Source of the DNA: Coriobacteriaceae bacterium
Lineage (GTDB): Bacteria > Bacillota_I > Bacilli_A > RFN20 > CAG-826
Direction: 5' to 3'
Assembly (NCBI GenBank): GCA_963612925.1
Contig: CAVDXG010000002.1
Location: 5,543 to 69,542, forward strand
DNA: 64,000 nt
Below the pieces are notes generated by a model that saw only the letters and a list, made by a program, of their open reading frames with translations, searched no databases and had not been told where the DNA came from. The position numbers and the translations under genes are program-made. The number at the start of each line of letters is the position of its first letter. Within the stretch, counting starts at the first letter, position 1. Below, in pieces: positions 1 to 9,133 of this stretch.

Positions 1-428
1 TTGCCCCCTGAAAGGGATTGCGGCCAAACGTGTTCTCTATTCCAACTACTCGCAGCATTTTTCTTAACGGAGTCTCTAGTGTAAAAATAAATCATGTTTT
101 CTGAATTAGTGGGATCTTCGTCAGCGCCTTGAAGAAGTTTAGCTAAAGCAGTGGAGCCGCTATTTCCGGAATAAGTTGGATAAGAAGCCGGTACTATTTT
201 ATTCGATAATTGCTCTCTTAAACTGCCGTTAAGTCCTTCACCAGAAGCAGTTATTGAACTGTAATATGAACCTGAATAGGTGTAGCTATCAAAGTTATCT
301 ACATGTGCTACTGCATTTACCTCTAAGGCATCGCTTTTAACATTGCTTTTACTTAATAGTAAGGAAGTTGAAATCGTCAAAAAGGGAATGAAGGCTAACG
401 TTATTAGATTTTTCTTGGCTCTTTTCAT
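1..428 (-). pseudogene. Secreted endonuclease I-family nuclease, 5' part (3' end lies beyond window start). Its signal-peptide segment is out of phase with both the ATG and the mature domain.
   Basis: The minus-strand frame is open over 1-359 and reads ...SYYSSITASGEGLNGSLREQL...DEDPTNSENMIYFYTRDSVKKNAASSWNREHVWPQSLSGG. WNREHVWP is the endonuclease I family motif. The ATG at 428-426 is in the same phase but meets TAA at 407-405. A good signal peptide, KAKKNLITLAFIPFLTISTSL, is encoded at 423-361 in another phase. Confidence 0.45.
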
Positions 429-509
429 CGCTATTTTATTATAGATGAGCACTTAAATTTTTCCTATAGTTGATGGCATTTCAAGAAAGAATGTTTGATA
501 ATTGAAGTT

Positions 510-1994
510 ATGAAGAAATATATATTAGCCCTTGACCAAGGAACAACATCCTCTAGAGCCATCATTTTTGATGAATGTGGTCATAAAATTGCTCAAGCGA
601 GTCGTGAAGTCGCTTGTCTATATCCTGAAGAAGGATATGTGGAAGCTAATCCAATGGAAATTTGGATTTCAATCGTGGATGTTACAAACGAGGTTTTGAT
701 CAATTCCAACCTAACTTGGAAAAATATTGATTCAATCGGTATTACCAATCAAAGAGAAACGACGATTATTTGGGAAAAGAAAACAGGAAAACCTGTTTAT
801 AATGCGATTGTTTGGCAGTCTCGCCAATCCGCGAAGATTTGTGATCAATATATAGATAAGAAGGAATTCATCCATAAAAGAACAGGACTATTATTAAATC
901 CATATTTTTCAGCCAGTAAAATTCGCTTCATCTTAGATCATATTCCTAACGGCCAAGAGCGAGCTGAAAACGGCGAATTCATGTTTGGCACAGTTGATAG
1001 CTGGCTAATTTATAAGATGACTAATGGCAAAAAGCATTTAACCGATGTTAGCAACGCTTCTAGGACGATGTTATTTAACATCAATACTTTAAAATGGGAT
1101 AAATCATTACTAGATTTATTCAACATTCCAAGAGTGATGTTACCACATGTCTGCGATTCATCTTTTGATTATGGTGTTGCCAGTGCTTTTAATAGTAGCG
1201 TCCACATCTTAGGTGTGGCGGGTGATCAACAAGCTTCTTTGTTTGGACATAACTGCTTTGGTAAAGGACAATCTAAAAATACTTATGGAACAGGTTGCTT
1301 TATGCTCATGAATATTGGTGATAAACCAATTCTATCTAAAAACGGCTTGCTCACCACAGTGGCGTGGAGCATTGATAAGAAAGTTAGCTACGCCTTAGAA
1401 GGTTCGGTCTTCATCGGTGGCGCAGCGATTCAATGGCTTAGAGATGGCCTTAAAGTTATCTCCGATGCCGCCGACAGCGAGCATCAAGCTAAGAAAATAT
1501 CAGATTCGATGGGCGTTTATTTAGTCCCAGCTTTCGTTGGACTTGGCACGCCTTATTGGGATGATGATGTTAAAGGGGCGATGTTTGGCATCACTCGAGC
1601 TACGACTAAAGCTCATATCATTCGGGCGACCTTAGAGTCGATTGCTTATCAAAGCAAAGATGTTTTTGACATCATGGAAGAAGAATCAAACATTAAAATA
1701 AAGTCGCTTCAAGTCGACGGAGGAGCAACAGCCAACAACATCCTCATGCAATTTCAAAGCGATATTTTAAATATCAAAGTCTATAAGCCTGAATGCTTAG
1801 AGACTACCGCTCTCGGGGCGGCTTATTTAGCTGGTCTAAAAAGTGGCTATTGGAAAAGCATCGATGATATTTGCTCTTCCCATAGCTATAAGCAAACTTA
1901 TTCGCCAAATATGAGCAAAGAGGAAATAAGTAGACGCTACGCCGGCTGGAAAGAAGCAGTTAAAGCGACAATGATGTTTAAACCTGGAAAATAA
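510..1994 (+). CDS. glpK: Glycerol kinase
   Basis: MKKYILALDQGTTSSRAIIFD and GDQQASLFG are FGGY/GlpK motifs. The length is typical. ATG 510 is preferred over the in-frame TTG at 495 because homologues start right at the M-x-KYIL motif. Confidence 0.95.
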   Translation: MKKYILALDQGTTSSRAIIFDECGHKIAQASREVACLYPEEGYVEANPMEIWISIVDVTNEVLINSNLTWKNIDSIGITNQRETTIIWEKKTGKPVYNAIVWQSRQSAKICDQYIDKKEFIHKRTGLLLNPYFSASKIRFILDHIPNGQERAENGEFMFGTVDSWLIYKMTNGKKHLTDVSNASRTMLFNINTLKWDKSLLDLFNIPRVMLPHVCDSSFDYGVASAFNSSVHILGVAGDQQASLFGHNCFGKGQSKNTYGTGCFMLMNIGDKPILSKNGLLTTVAWSIDKKVSYALEGSVFIGGAAIQWLRDGLKVISDAADSEHQAKKISDSMGVYLVPAFVGLGTPYWDDDVKGAMFGITRATTKAHIIRATLESIAYQSKDVFDIMEEESNIKIKSLQVDGGATANNILMQFQSDILNIKVYKPECLETTALGAAYLAGLKSGYWKSIDDICSSHSYKQTYSPNMSKEEISRRYAGWKEAVKATMMFKPGK

Positions 1995-1998
1995 AAAA

Positions 1999-3081
1999 AT
2001 GAAAATAGCAAAAGAACAATTCGATAAAATCTATCCTTTATTAAATATTGATTCGCGTTTAAATAAGGATTTCATTTTTGATTGTTTAACTTTTGCTCTT
2101 GAAGGAGCAGATGAGCTAATTAACAAAAATGTTTTCGGTAAAGTTGTGCCGTTAAATCCGGTTTCTTTATGTTTATATATTGCTCATGAATATGGCTATA
2201 ACGAAAAACTTAATGACTTTAAATTAGAAGAAAATGATTCATTGATGGAAAAAGTGGTGTCGATGTCACTTGATAAATATTTCACCAATGAACATCTTAA
2301 TTTTGCTAACAAGGCTTCAATTACTAAATACGATCCCGAGATTTCAACATTAGCCACTTATCTTAACTTTGTCTTAAATGTTTTATCGAAAGTAAGCCGC
2401 CGCAATCCGAGTGAAACTTTGATTGTCGATATTTTATATAAATCCTTTTCAATGTCGAAAGCGATTATTGAATTGTTAGATGATGGCTTTGAAACTGAGG
2501 CTTTCTCCACCTGGAGAACGCTTCACGAATCAGAATGCGTTTTAGCTTTATTAGTTAAACATGGGCAAGACATTCGCAATGCCTATTTAAAACATATCAA
2601 TTACATGATGGCGTTTAGAGGAATTATTCCTGATAAAGAGAAAGTTGATCAAATCTTTGTGCAAATAAAAGATGAGATGAAGAAATTATCTTTGAAGAGC
2701 AAAGATATGAAAAAATACATTGAATACGGTTGGCTAACTGCGATTCCTAATTATTTAGAAGCTGAGCAATTTAAATTTAATTTTCGCGATGGCGTCGAAC
2801 ATCTCGCGGGATTAAGCCAATATTCTAAGACTTATGAGATGGCGAGTGAAATTGCTCATGGTTCGCCTATTCTCATCTATTCAAAAAGTACCTTCTTCTA
2901 TCAAATAACTTTAATCAACTTGTATGAATCATTCTTTAGACTAGAAGTTATTTTTACCAATATATATAAATCAATTGCTAATGAAGATGAATTCGCTAGA
3001 TTCTTGACGATGAAAAATATTTATTATCGAAATTTGTTAGTCATCTATGAAGAATCGAAGAAGAATTTTAAAGGGAATTAA
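1999..3081 (+). CDS. Hypothetical protein, 360 aa, no recognised catalytic motif. The C-terminal half resembles the DUF5677 family from memory (unverified).
   Basis: Long ORF with matching codon usage. It starts 4 nt after the glpK stop. No TM segments are evident. Confidence 0.7.
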   Translation: MKIAKEQFDKIYPLLNIDSRLNKDFIFDCLTFALEGADELINKNVFGKVVPLNPVSLCLYIAHEYGYNEKLNDFKLEENDSLMEKVVSMSLDKYFTNEHLNFANKASITKYDPEISTLATYLNFVLNVLSKVSRRNPSETLIVDILYKSFSMSKAIIELLDDGFETEAFSTWRTLHESECVLALLVKHGQDIRNAYLKHINYMMAFRGIIPDKEKVDQIFVQIKDEMKKLSLKSKDMKKYIEYGWLTAIPNYLEAEQFKFNFRDGVEHLAGLSQYSKTYEMASEIAHGSPILIYSKSTFFYQITLINLYESFFRLEVIFTNIYKSIANEDEFARFLTMKNIYYRNLLVIYEESKKNFKGN

Positions 3082-3314
3082 TAAGCCACTTAGGGCGATT
3101 TTATTACTTTCACTTGTTAAAAATCACCTTTCAAAGTGATTACATAGTAATCAATATTTTTCTGGTTTGACAGATTATTGATATTTTTCCTAATTTTTGA
3201 TGCTTAATTTCTATTTTTGAATAAATGAAAATTATATAGAATTGTTGTTATTTTTCCTTTTGGCTTAATCTTTATTTAGAAAACAAATTCTTTGAAAAGA
3301 AAGATAGGCATTTT

Positions 3315-4523
3315 ATGGCAATTAAATATGTTTTGATTAGTTGTTGGCAAGAGCACGGAGGAAAACCTGGATTAGCTCTTTTACGCTTTGATGAAGATAA
3401 GGGAATTACTAAATTAGTTAATAAACAGTATGAAAATATCTCTTTTAACAATGCTTATTATAATAAAGAAAATAAAGTAGTTTATATTTGTAACGAAGTT
3501 CATAACAACCCCGATTATCCTAAAGGTGGTGGCGGGCTCATCTACGCTTTTAAATTTGATAAGGAAAAAGAATTATTGACTCAAATTTCGCGAGTTGAAT
3601 CTTTATGCCCATGCCCATCATATCTTTGTCTAGATAAGAGCAAAAAATATTTAATTAACGCCAATCACTCCTCATTTAACGCTGTCACTATTGCGAATAA
3701 ACTTGACGATGGCTATTGGGGCTTAAAAGTCATCTATGATGATGCGATTGTTTCGCTTAGACGAGTTGATGTAGATGGTTCTTTAAAAGAAGTTGTAGAT
3801 GTTAAAAAGCACGATAAATATAAAGTTGATGGCCGAGGTTTACATGCTCATCCACATAGTTGCAATTTAACACCTGATGGCAAATTCTTCGTTTGTTGCG
3901 ATAAAGGTGATTCACATATTTATTTATATTCATTAGATTATGAAAGCGAAAAATTAATCTTAAATAGCGAACCTTATCTAGACAATGAAGGTGCTGCGCC
4001 TAGATATGTGGTATTTCACCCTTTTAAAAACTGGATGTTTGTAAACCATGAAAGAGATTTACATTTATCAAGTTTTTCATATTCATCTAAAGGTGAATTG
4101 ACTCGTTTAGATTCATGTGAAGTTTTGAATAATAACAGTTTAAAAGAAACTAAGGAAATTAGAGAATGGCTTCACAATGAAAGCGTTGATGAGCCAAAAG
4201 ATCACATTTGGCCAGTTGAACAACAAGGGTTAGCTATTTCTTCAGATGGCAAATATTTATATGATGCGATCAATGGGGCGGATGCTATTTCAGTTTTAGA
4301 AATTGATCAAAACAATGGGCATTTAAAGCTTGTTCAAGTTATGCCGATTGACGGCAGATGGGTAAGAGGCGTCAATATTTCCTCTGACAATCGATTCCTA
4401 TTTGTTTCTTGTTTACAAGAAGGTGGCGTTTATGTTTATAAGTTAAATGCTGATGGCACACTTGGTGAAATTATTTCTCATATCGATATCGATGGAGGTT
4501 CCACGATTACATTTTTGGATTGA
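3315..4523 (+). CDS. Lactonase-family 7-bladed beta-propeller protein (6-phosphogluconolactonase-like)
   Basis: About 400 aa with repeated blade-like segments. GAAPRYVVFHP resembles the G-x-GPRH-x-xFHP motif of the YbhE/lactonase family. Confidence 0.7.
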   Translation: MAIKYVLISCWQEHGGKPGLALLRFDEDKGITKLVNKQYENISFNNAYYNKENKVVYICNEVHNNPDYPKGGGGLIYAFKFDKEKELLTQISRVESLCPCPSYLCLDKSKKYLINANHSSFNAVTIANKLDDGYWGLKVIYDDAIVSLRRVDVDGSLKEVVDVKKHDKYKVDGRGLHAHPHSCNLTPDGKFFVCCDKGDSHIYLYSLDYESEKLILNSEPYLDNEGAAPRYVVFHPFKNWMFVNHERDLHLSSFSYSSKGELTRLDSCEVLNNNSLKETKEIREWLHNESVDEPKDHIWPVEQQGLAISSDGKYLYDAINGADAISVLEIDQNNGHLKLVQVMPIDGRWVRGVNISSDNRFLFVSCLQEGGVYVYKLNADGTLGEIISHIDIDGGSTITFLD

Positions 4524-4528
4524 AAATT

Positions 4529-6181
4529 ATGAATGATTATTCTTATAAAGATATTGACATGTGGTCGGATAAAACTTGGGAAGGAACAGATGCTTTAATC
4601 CATCCAATTGTTTCAGATTTAATTCGATATAATTATGAACATATTTTTCCTAACTATAAATCTAACAAATTTTTAAATTGTTCTTTCGAAGTGCTTGATC
4701 ATAAATCTAATGCAGCGATTTTTGATGATGTTATCGCCGAATTATCCGATTTAGGGCTAGAGTTTCATTGCACATCTATGGGCTTTGTGGAATGGGTAGC
4801 TTTGCTTCCTAAAAAGAGAAGCAGAGACACTAAATTATTGGTGGTTTTCACTTCGATGGATACAAAAAATGACCCATTATGGGCGATGGAATTAACAGAA
4901 TATTATCGCGATTATATCTCTATTTCCGGAAAAAACGACTTTGCTATTTTGTTTTTGGTTCAAGCTCATGATCGTGTAACTGGCATTTATACCGACATCA
5001 TCTTAGAAGTTTCCGCCTTATGGAAAATTGATATGAAGGAAGTCTATTTAGAAGCTAAAAATGTCAAAAAAGATTATGGCGGTTTTAAGAAAAGTGAATT
5101 TTTTGGCATTGAAGCAATTGATATTACTAATAAATGGCAAGCTACAACTGCTCATCAATATATATGCTTAAGTTTAAATAAAAAGAACAAAGAATTTGAT
5201 GTTAATCGTTTTGTTCATTCTACCCTTGGAAAACGAATTGCTGAATCCCTCCATTTAGAAAAACAATATCGAAAATGGAATGATGAAGGCTTACTTAAAA
5301 AAATAAATGAAAAAGGCTTAGATATAAACGAGCATTACACTCAAAAAGAGAGATGGCTATCGATTACTCCAACTGATATGAGTGAAAAGATACCACTTCT
5401 TATTTGCATGAAAGAGGTTAGACCTACTTGTGAATTTCAAGCGGTGACAGCTCTTCAATTCTATTATGATTATTTAGATGTTGCTGGATGCAAAGAATGT
5501 GCACTTCTTTTCTTTGCTTTAGAATCGCCAGATGATAACGATTTGCTTGTTGATATTATCGATGAAATGTGCGCTTTATATCCGATTGATAGGGAAAGAA
5601 TTTATATAACTGGCCAATCTCATAATGGCTGTTTCGCTTTAGAATTTGCTAGACGACATCACGATATAATTGCTGCAGTCGCCACGCTTAATGATAGACA
5701 TGGCTTTGCTTCGCCTAGATATTCAGTTGATAACGTAAAAATAACCGATTCGATGTTAGAGGATTTCAAAACATTTGATTTACCTTTAATCAACATTTGC
5801 GGACAGATTGAAAATGTTTTTCCTCATACAGTTATTGATAGCGTTGCTTACTATAATCAACTTAATGCTTTGCATCGCCGATTTGAAGCCTTCAAAGTTC
5901 ACGATTATAGCGATGAAGAAATTAAAGATGCTTTAAATAGTTCAAATAAAGTTGTACGCATTAATGGACTTCCAAGTGATAAAACTGAAATTATCTATAC
6001 GATGGGCTTTGAAGCTTATGTTTCAGATTTTAAAAATAGCGATGGCAATTATCATCTGCGATTAGTTACATTAGAGAATTTACCACATATGATAACGCCT
6101 CAAATGGTGGAGTTATCCTGGTCATTTTTAAGACGTTTTTCGCGTAACAAAGATGGAATAATTATCGAAAGAGAAAAATAA
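4529..6181 (+). CDS. Two-domain protein with an unknown N-terminal half and a C-terminal alpha/beta-hydrolase of the PHB-depolymerase/CE1-like esterase type
   Basis: DRERIYITGQSHNGCFALEFARRH is the nucleophile-elbow region. The C-terminal LPHMITPQMVELSWSFLRRFSR parallels the tail of the 21800-23017 esterase. An alternative TTG start at 4520 overlaps the upstream stop. Confidence 0.6.
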   Translation: MNDYSYKDIDMWSDKTWEGTDALIHPIVSDLIRYNYEHIFPNYKSNKFLNCSFEVLDHKSNAAIFDDVIAELSDLGLEFHCTSMGFVEWVALLPKKRSRDTKLLVVFTSMDTKNDPLWAMELTEYYRDYISISGKNDFAILFLVQAHDRVTGIYTDIILEVSALWKIDMKEVYLEAKNVKKDYGGFKKSEFFGIEAIDITNKWQATTAHQYICLSLNKKNKEFDVNRFVHSTLGKRIAESLHLEKQYRKWNDEGLLKKINEKGLDINEHYTQKERWLSITPTDMSEKIPLLICMKEVRPTCEFQAVTALQFYYDYLDVAGCKECALLFFALESPDDNDLLVDIIDEMCALYPIDRERIYITGQSHNGCFALEFARRHHDIIAAVATLNDRHGFASPRYSVDNVKITDSMLEDFKTFDLPLINICGQIENVFPHTVIDSVAYYNQLNALHRRFEAFKVHDYSDEEIKDALNSSNKVVRINGLPSDKTEIIYTMGFEAYVSDFKNSDGNYHLRLVTLENLPHMITPQMVELSWSFLRRFSRNKDGIIIEREK

Positions 6182-6241
6182 AATGAAAGAAAAATACGAA
6201 AAAATTGAGGTTTTAAATAATCTTATCGAGGAGAAAACTAT

Positions 6242-7225
6242 ATGAAGATGATTGTAAGAGTGGATGATGTCGGTTTTAGCGATGTATGTAATATTGGTAC
6301 ATTTCTAACTTTTGATGAAGGGATAGCAACTTCCGCTGATGTGATGCTTGATGTTCCGGGCACAGTTGATGCTTTGAATCGACTTAAAAATTATCCTTGG
6401 ATTAGCGTTGGCTGGCATACTCACATGTGGGGAAGCCCTCTTTTAGATGTTAGTAAAGTACCTTCTTTAGTCGAACACGAAGGCGAATTTAAGGGTAGAT
6501 TTAGGACTGATTTAAGAAGTAGCAATGATATTAATTATGATGAATTAGTTTTAGAATTAGAAGCTCAGTTAGAGCGGTGCAAAAATATTTTAGGCCATTA
6601 CCCAGACACTGGACCGACTCCTCATGGAAATAGCACTTTCGATAAAGCGCTTCGCTTTGTGATGGATAAGCATAACATTCCTTATGGGTTTGCTTCTAGA
6701 CAAGTTGCTGATTCTCGCCCGTTAGAAGTCATCAAAAAGGGACGAGAAAATAATGAAGAATGGGCTTTTTTATATGGCTTAAATGGTATGCCTAGCAGTG
6801 AAGCATTGCCTCAATACAAAGATAAAAAGATTTTAATTCTAGATGGCGGACTAGCTTATATCGATTTATTGACCGATAGACTTAGTGATGTTGAAAATAA
6901 TTACGATCCAGTCAAATATTATCTTGAAGATAGAGCCGGCATTTTATCATTGGATAAAGACATCATTGTTGAACAATCTTGGCATCCTGGATGGCTGGAT
7001 TATTTTGTCTATCGCTTAGGCGAAAGAAGTGCCCGTCCTAGAGCTCGTCAATTTGGTGTTGCTCGTTGCATTGATGTTGCTGCTTTATGCGATAATCGGC
7101 TTAAAAAATGGATAATTGATAATCACATTGAATTAGTTAATTTTAAAGACGCTCTTTATGGCACGAACACTTTTCAAGAGCATTTAAAACAAATCGGTAG
7201 TGATTTATACATGTTAGGAAAATAA
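6242..7225 (+). CDS. ChbG/YdjC-family carbohydrate deacetylase-like protein
   Basis: The N-terminal MIVRVDDVGFSDVCNIG matches the YdjC-family pattern (hhh-x-aDDfG-x-s-x-x-x-N-x-G). SD-like GAGGAG lies at 6228-6233. Confidence 0.6.
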   Translation: MKMIVRVDDVGFSDVCNIGTFLTFDEGIATSADVMLDVPGTVDALNRLKNYPWISVGWHTHMWGSPLLDVSKVPSLVEHEGEFKGRFRTDLRSSNDINYDELVLELEAQLERCKNILGHYPDTGPTPHGNSTFDKALRFVMDKHNIPYGFASRQVADSRPLEVIKKGRENNEEWAFLYGLNGMPSSEALPQYKDKKILILDGGLAYIDLLTDRLSDVENNYDPVKYYLEDRAGILSLDKDIIVEQSWHPGWLDYFVYRLGERSARPRARQFGVARCIDVAALCDNRLKKWIIDNHIELVNFKDALYGTNTFQEHLKQIGSDLYMLGK

Positions 7226-7227
7226 AA

Positions 7228-8640
7228 ATGAATTCTGATAGTAAAAAAACGATGGGAAAGGATTTTACTGAAGGCAAGATATTGCCTCTTTTAATCGGTT
7301 TTTTTCTTCCGTTTTTGCTTGCTAATATCTTAACAAGTTTATATAACACAATTGACACAGCCATCATCGGCAATACTGTTGGATCAACCGGAACAATCGC
7401 GGTCAGCAATGGCGGAAAATTATTGAATTTATACACCAATATTTCGATTGCTATCGCTGGAGGCGGCCAAGTTTTAATTTCTCAGCAAATAGGTGCAAAA
7501 AGGCGAGATCAGCTCAATCGAACTATCGGAACTTTGTTTACCTCGATGTTCATAATCTCGGTGATTTTGATGGCGGTTACTCTTATTTTGTCTAAATATA
7601 TTGTTGTTTGGCTCAACATCGATGAAGCGGCTCGAGATCAAGCATTGGCTTATTTACGAATTACTTCCTTAGGACTTCCTTTAGTTTTTGGCTATAATGC
7701 CGTCAGTTCGGTTTTAAGAGGACTTGGAGATAGCAAATCTCCGCTTCTATTTATTGCGATTGCTACGGTTGTGAATTTTGCAGGTGATTATTTCTTTATC
7801 TTAGTCTTACACATGGAAGCGGATGGAACAGCTTGGGCGACCATTATAGGTCAAGGCATTTCTTTATTATTCTCTTTAATACTTTTATTTATAAAAAGAA
7901 AACAATTCGGCTTCGACTTTAAGCCTAAGAGTTTTTTAATTCAAAAAGATAAGTTGGCAGTTATTTCAAAAGTTGGCTTTCCAACTGCTTTAAGAAGTTG
8001 CTGCATTTCGATCACTCAGTTGATTTTGATGAGTTATGTCAATCCGTTTGGACTTGTTCCAGCTGCGGCATATAACATCGGCGACAAGATTGTTCATCTC
8101 ACCAATGTCTTTGATACAACCACCAAAAACGCGGCTGGTTCGATGATCGCTCAAAATATTGGAGCGAATAAACATGATAGAGCTAAAAAAATTGTCAATT
8201 GGGGATTTTTTATCACCTTATCAACTTCCGCAATTTTAATTGTTTTAGGTTTAGTGATTCCAAATCAAATTTTCTCGATATTTACTAACGATCCTGAAGT
8301 TATTGCTTTAGCGCCGACATTCATGAAGATTGCTTGCATTATTTTCTTATTAAGCGGCATCATGTCGCCTCTTGATGCGGTGGTAACTGGAACTGGAAAC
8401 GCAAAATTAAGTTTAATCGCTGGAATACTTGATGGTGTAATTTTGCGAATTGGATTTTCGCTTTTATTTGTGGGAGCATTAAATATGGGCGTTCCAGGTT
8501 TCTTTTTAGCGGATGCTTTAGCTAGACTTGGACCGATCATCATCGGAGGAATTTATTATTACGGCGGATTCTGGAAGAAGTATAAAAAGCTTGTTAAAGA
8601 TGAGGCGCCAGCATTAAAAGAAGCGAATGAAAACAACTGA
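7228..8640 (+). CDS. MATE-family efflux transporter
   Basis: 470 aa, about 12 hydrophobic helices. The N-terminal PFLLANILTSLYNTIDTAIIGN is a MATE-type motif. Confidence 0.85.
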   Translation: MNSDSKKTMGKDFTEGKILPLLIGFFLPFLLANILTSLYNTIDTAIIGNTVGSTGTIAVSNGGKLLNLYTNISIAIAGGGQVLISQQIGAKRRDQLNRTIGTLFTSMFIISVILMAVTLILSKYIVVWLNIDEAARDQALAYLRITSLGLPLVFGYNAVSSVLRGLGDSKSPLLFIAIATVVNFAGDYFFILVLHMEADGTAWATIIGQGISLLFSLILLFIKRKQFGFDFKPKSFLIQKDKLAVISKVGFPTALRSCCISITQLILMSYVNPFGLVPAAAYNIGDKIVHLTNVFDTTTKNAAGSMIAQNIGANKHDRAKKIVNWGFFITLSTSAILIVLGLVIPNQIFSIFTNDPEVIALAPTFMKIACIIFLLSGIMSPLDAVVTGTGNAKLSLIAGILDGVILRIGFSLLFVGALNMGVPGFFLADALARLGPIIIGGIYYYGGFWKKYKKLVKDEAPALKEANENN

Positions 8641-9118
8641 ATTAAGTAAAGAAGAAAAAGGCTATCGCATTCGTAGATGGGTTAACATTATCGCAATTAT
8701 TTTGGTGATAGTTGGGGCAACTTTATTTTTCATTTTTAATGGAAAATATGTTGTATCTTTTAAAAATGATACAGCCAATTCATCTTTTCAGATAAAAGGC
8801 CACGATTCGAGCTTTATCTTCAATGTTAAATATCAAGATATTGAAGGCGTATATTATTATGATGAATTCAGTTTTGGAGAAGAAATTAACAAAAATTCCA
8901 AGCGAGGTTTAACTTGGGGCGAATTTAAAAATGAGGAACTTGGAGAATACAAATTAATCGCTTTAGATAAAGTAACCTCTTATATAGCGTTGCTAGACAA
9001 CAGCAATTCTAAATATGTATTTAATTATTCTAGTAAAGAAGAGACTAAATCTTTGTATGTTTCTATTGTTGAATTTTTAAATAAACAAAATGTCACTTTT
9101 ACGAGTGAGGAAAGATAA
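8627..9118 (+). CDS. Hypothetical membrane-anchored protein
   Basis: One N-terminal TM helix (WVNIIAIILVIVGATLFFIF). The start overlaps the MATE gene end by 14 nt. Confidence 0.55.
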   Translation: MKTTELSKEEKGYRIRRWVNIIAIILVIVGATLFFIFNGKYVVSFKNDTANSSFQIKGHDSSFIFNVKYQDIEGVYYYDEFSFGEEINKNSKRGLTWGEFKNEELGEYKLIALDKVTSYIALLDNSNSKYVFNYSSKEETKSLYVSIVEFLNKQNVTFTSEER

Positions 9119-9133
9119 AAAAGGAGCAGAAAA

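Noticed and set aside
3122-3141. AATCAC-N8-GTGATT hairpin after the 1999-3081 gene considered as a terminator
   Set aside because: The stem is a 6-bp AT-rich one with an 8-nt loop and no T-tract, so it is too weak to call.
6183-6245. 20-codon mini-ORF (MKEKYEKIEVLNNLIEEKTI) between the esterase-like gene and the ChbG-like gene, overlapping the latter's ATG
   Set aside because: It is too short to support. The GAGGAG inside it is better explained as the ribosome-binding site of the ChbG-like gene. A leader-peptide role cannot be shown from sequence.
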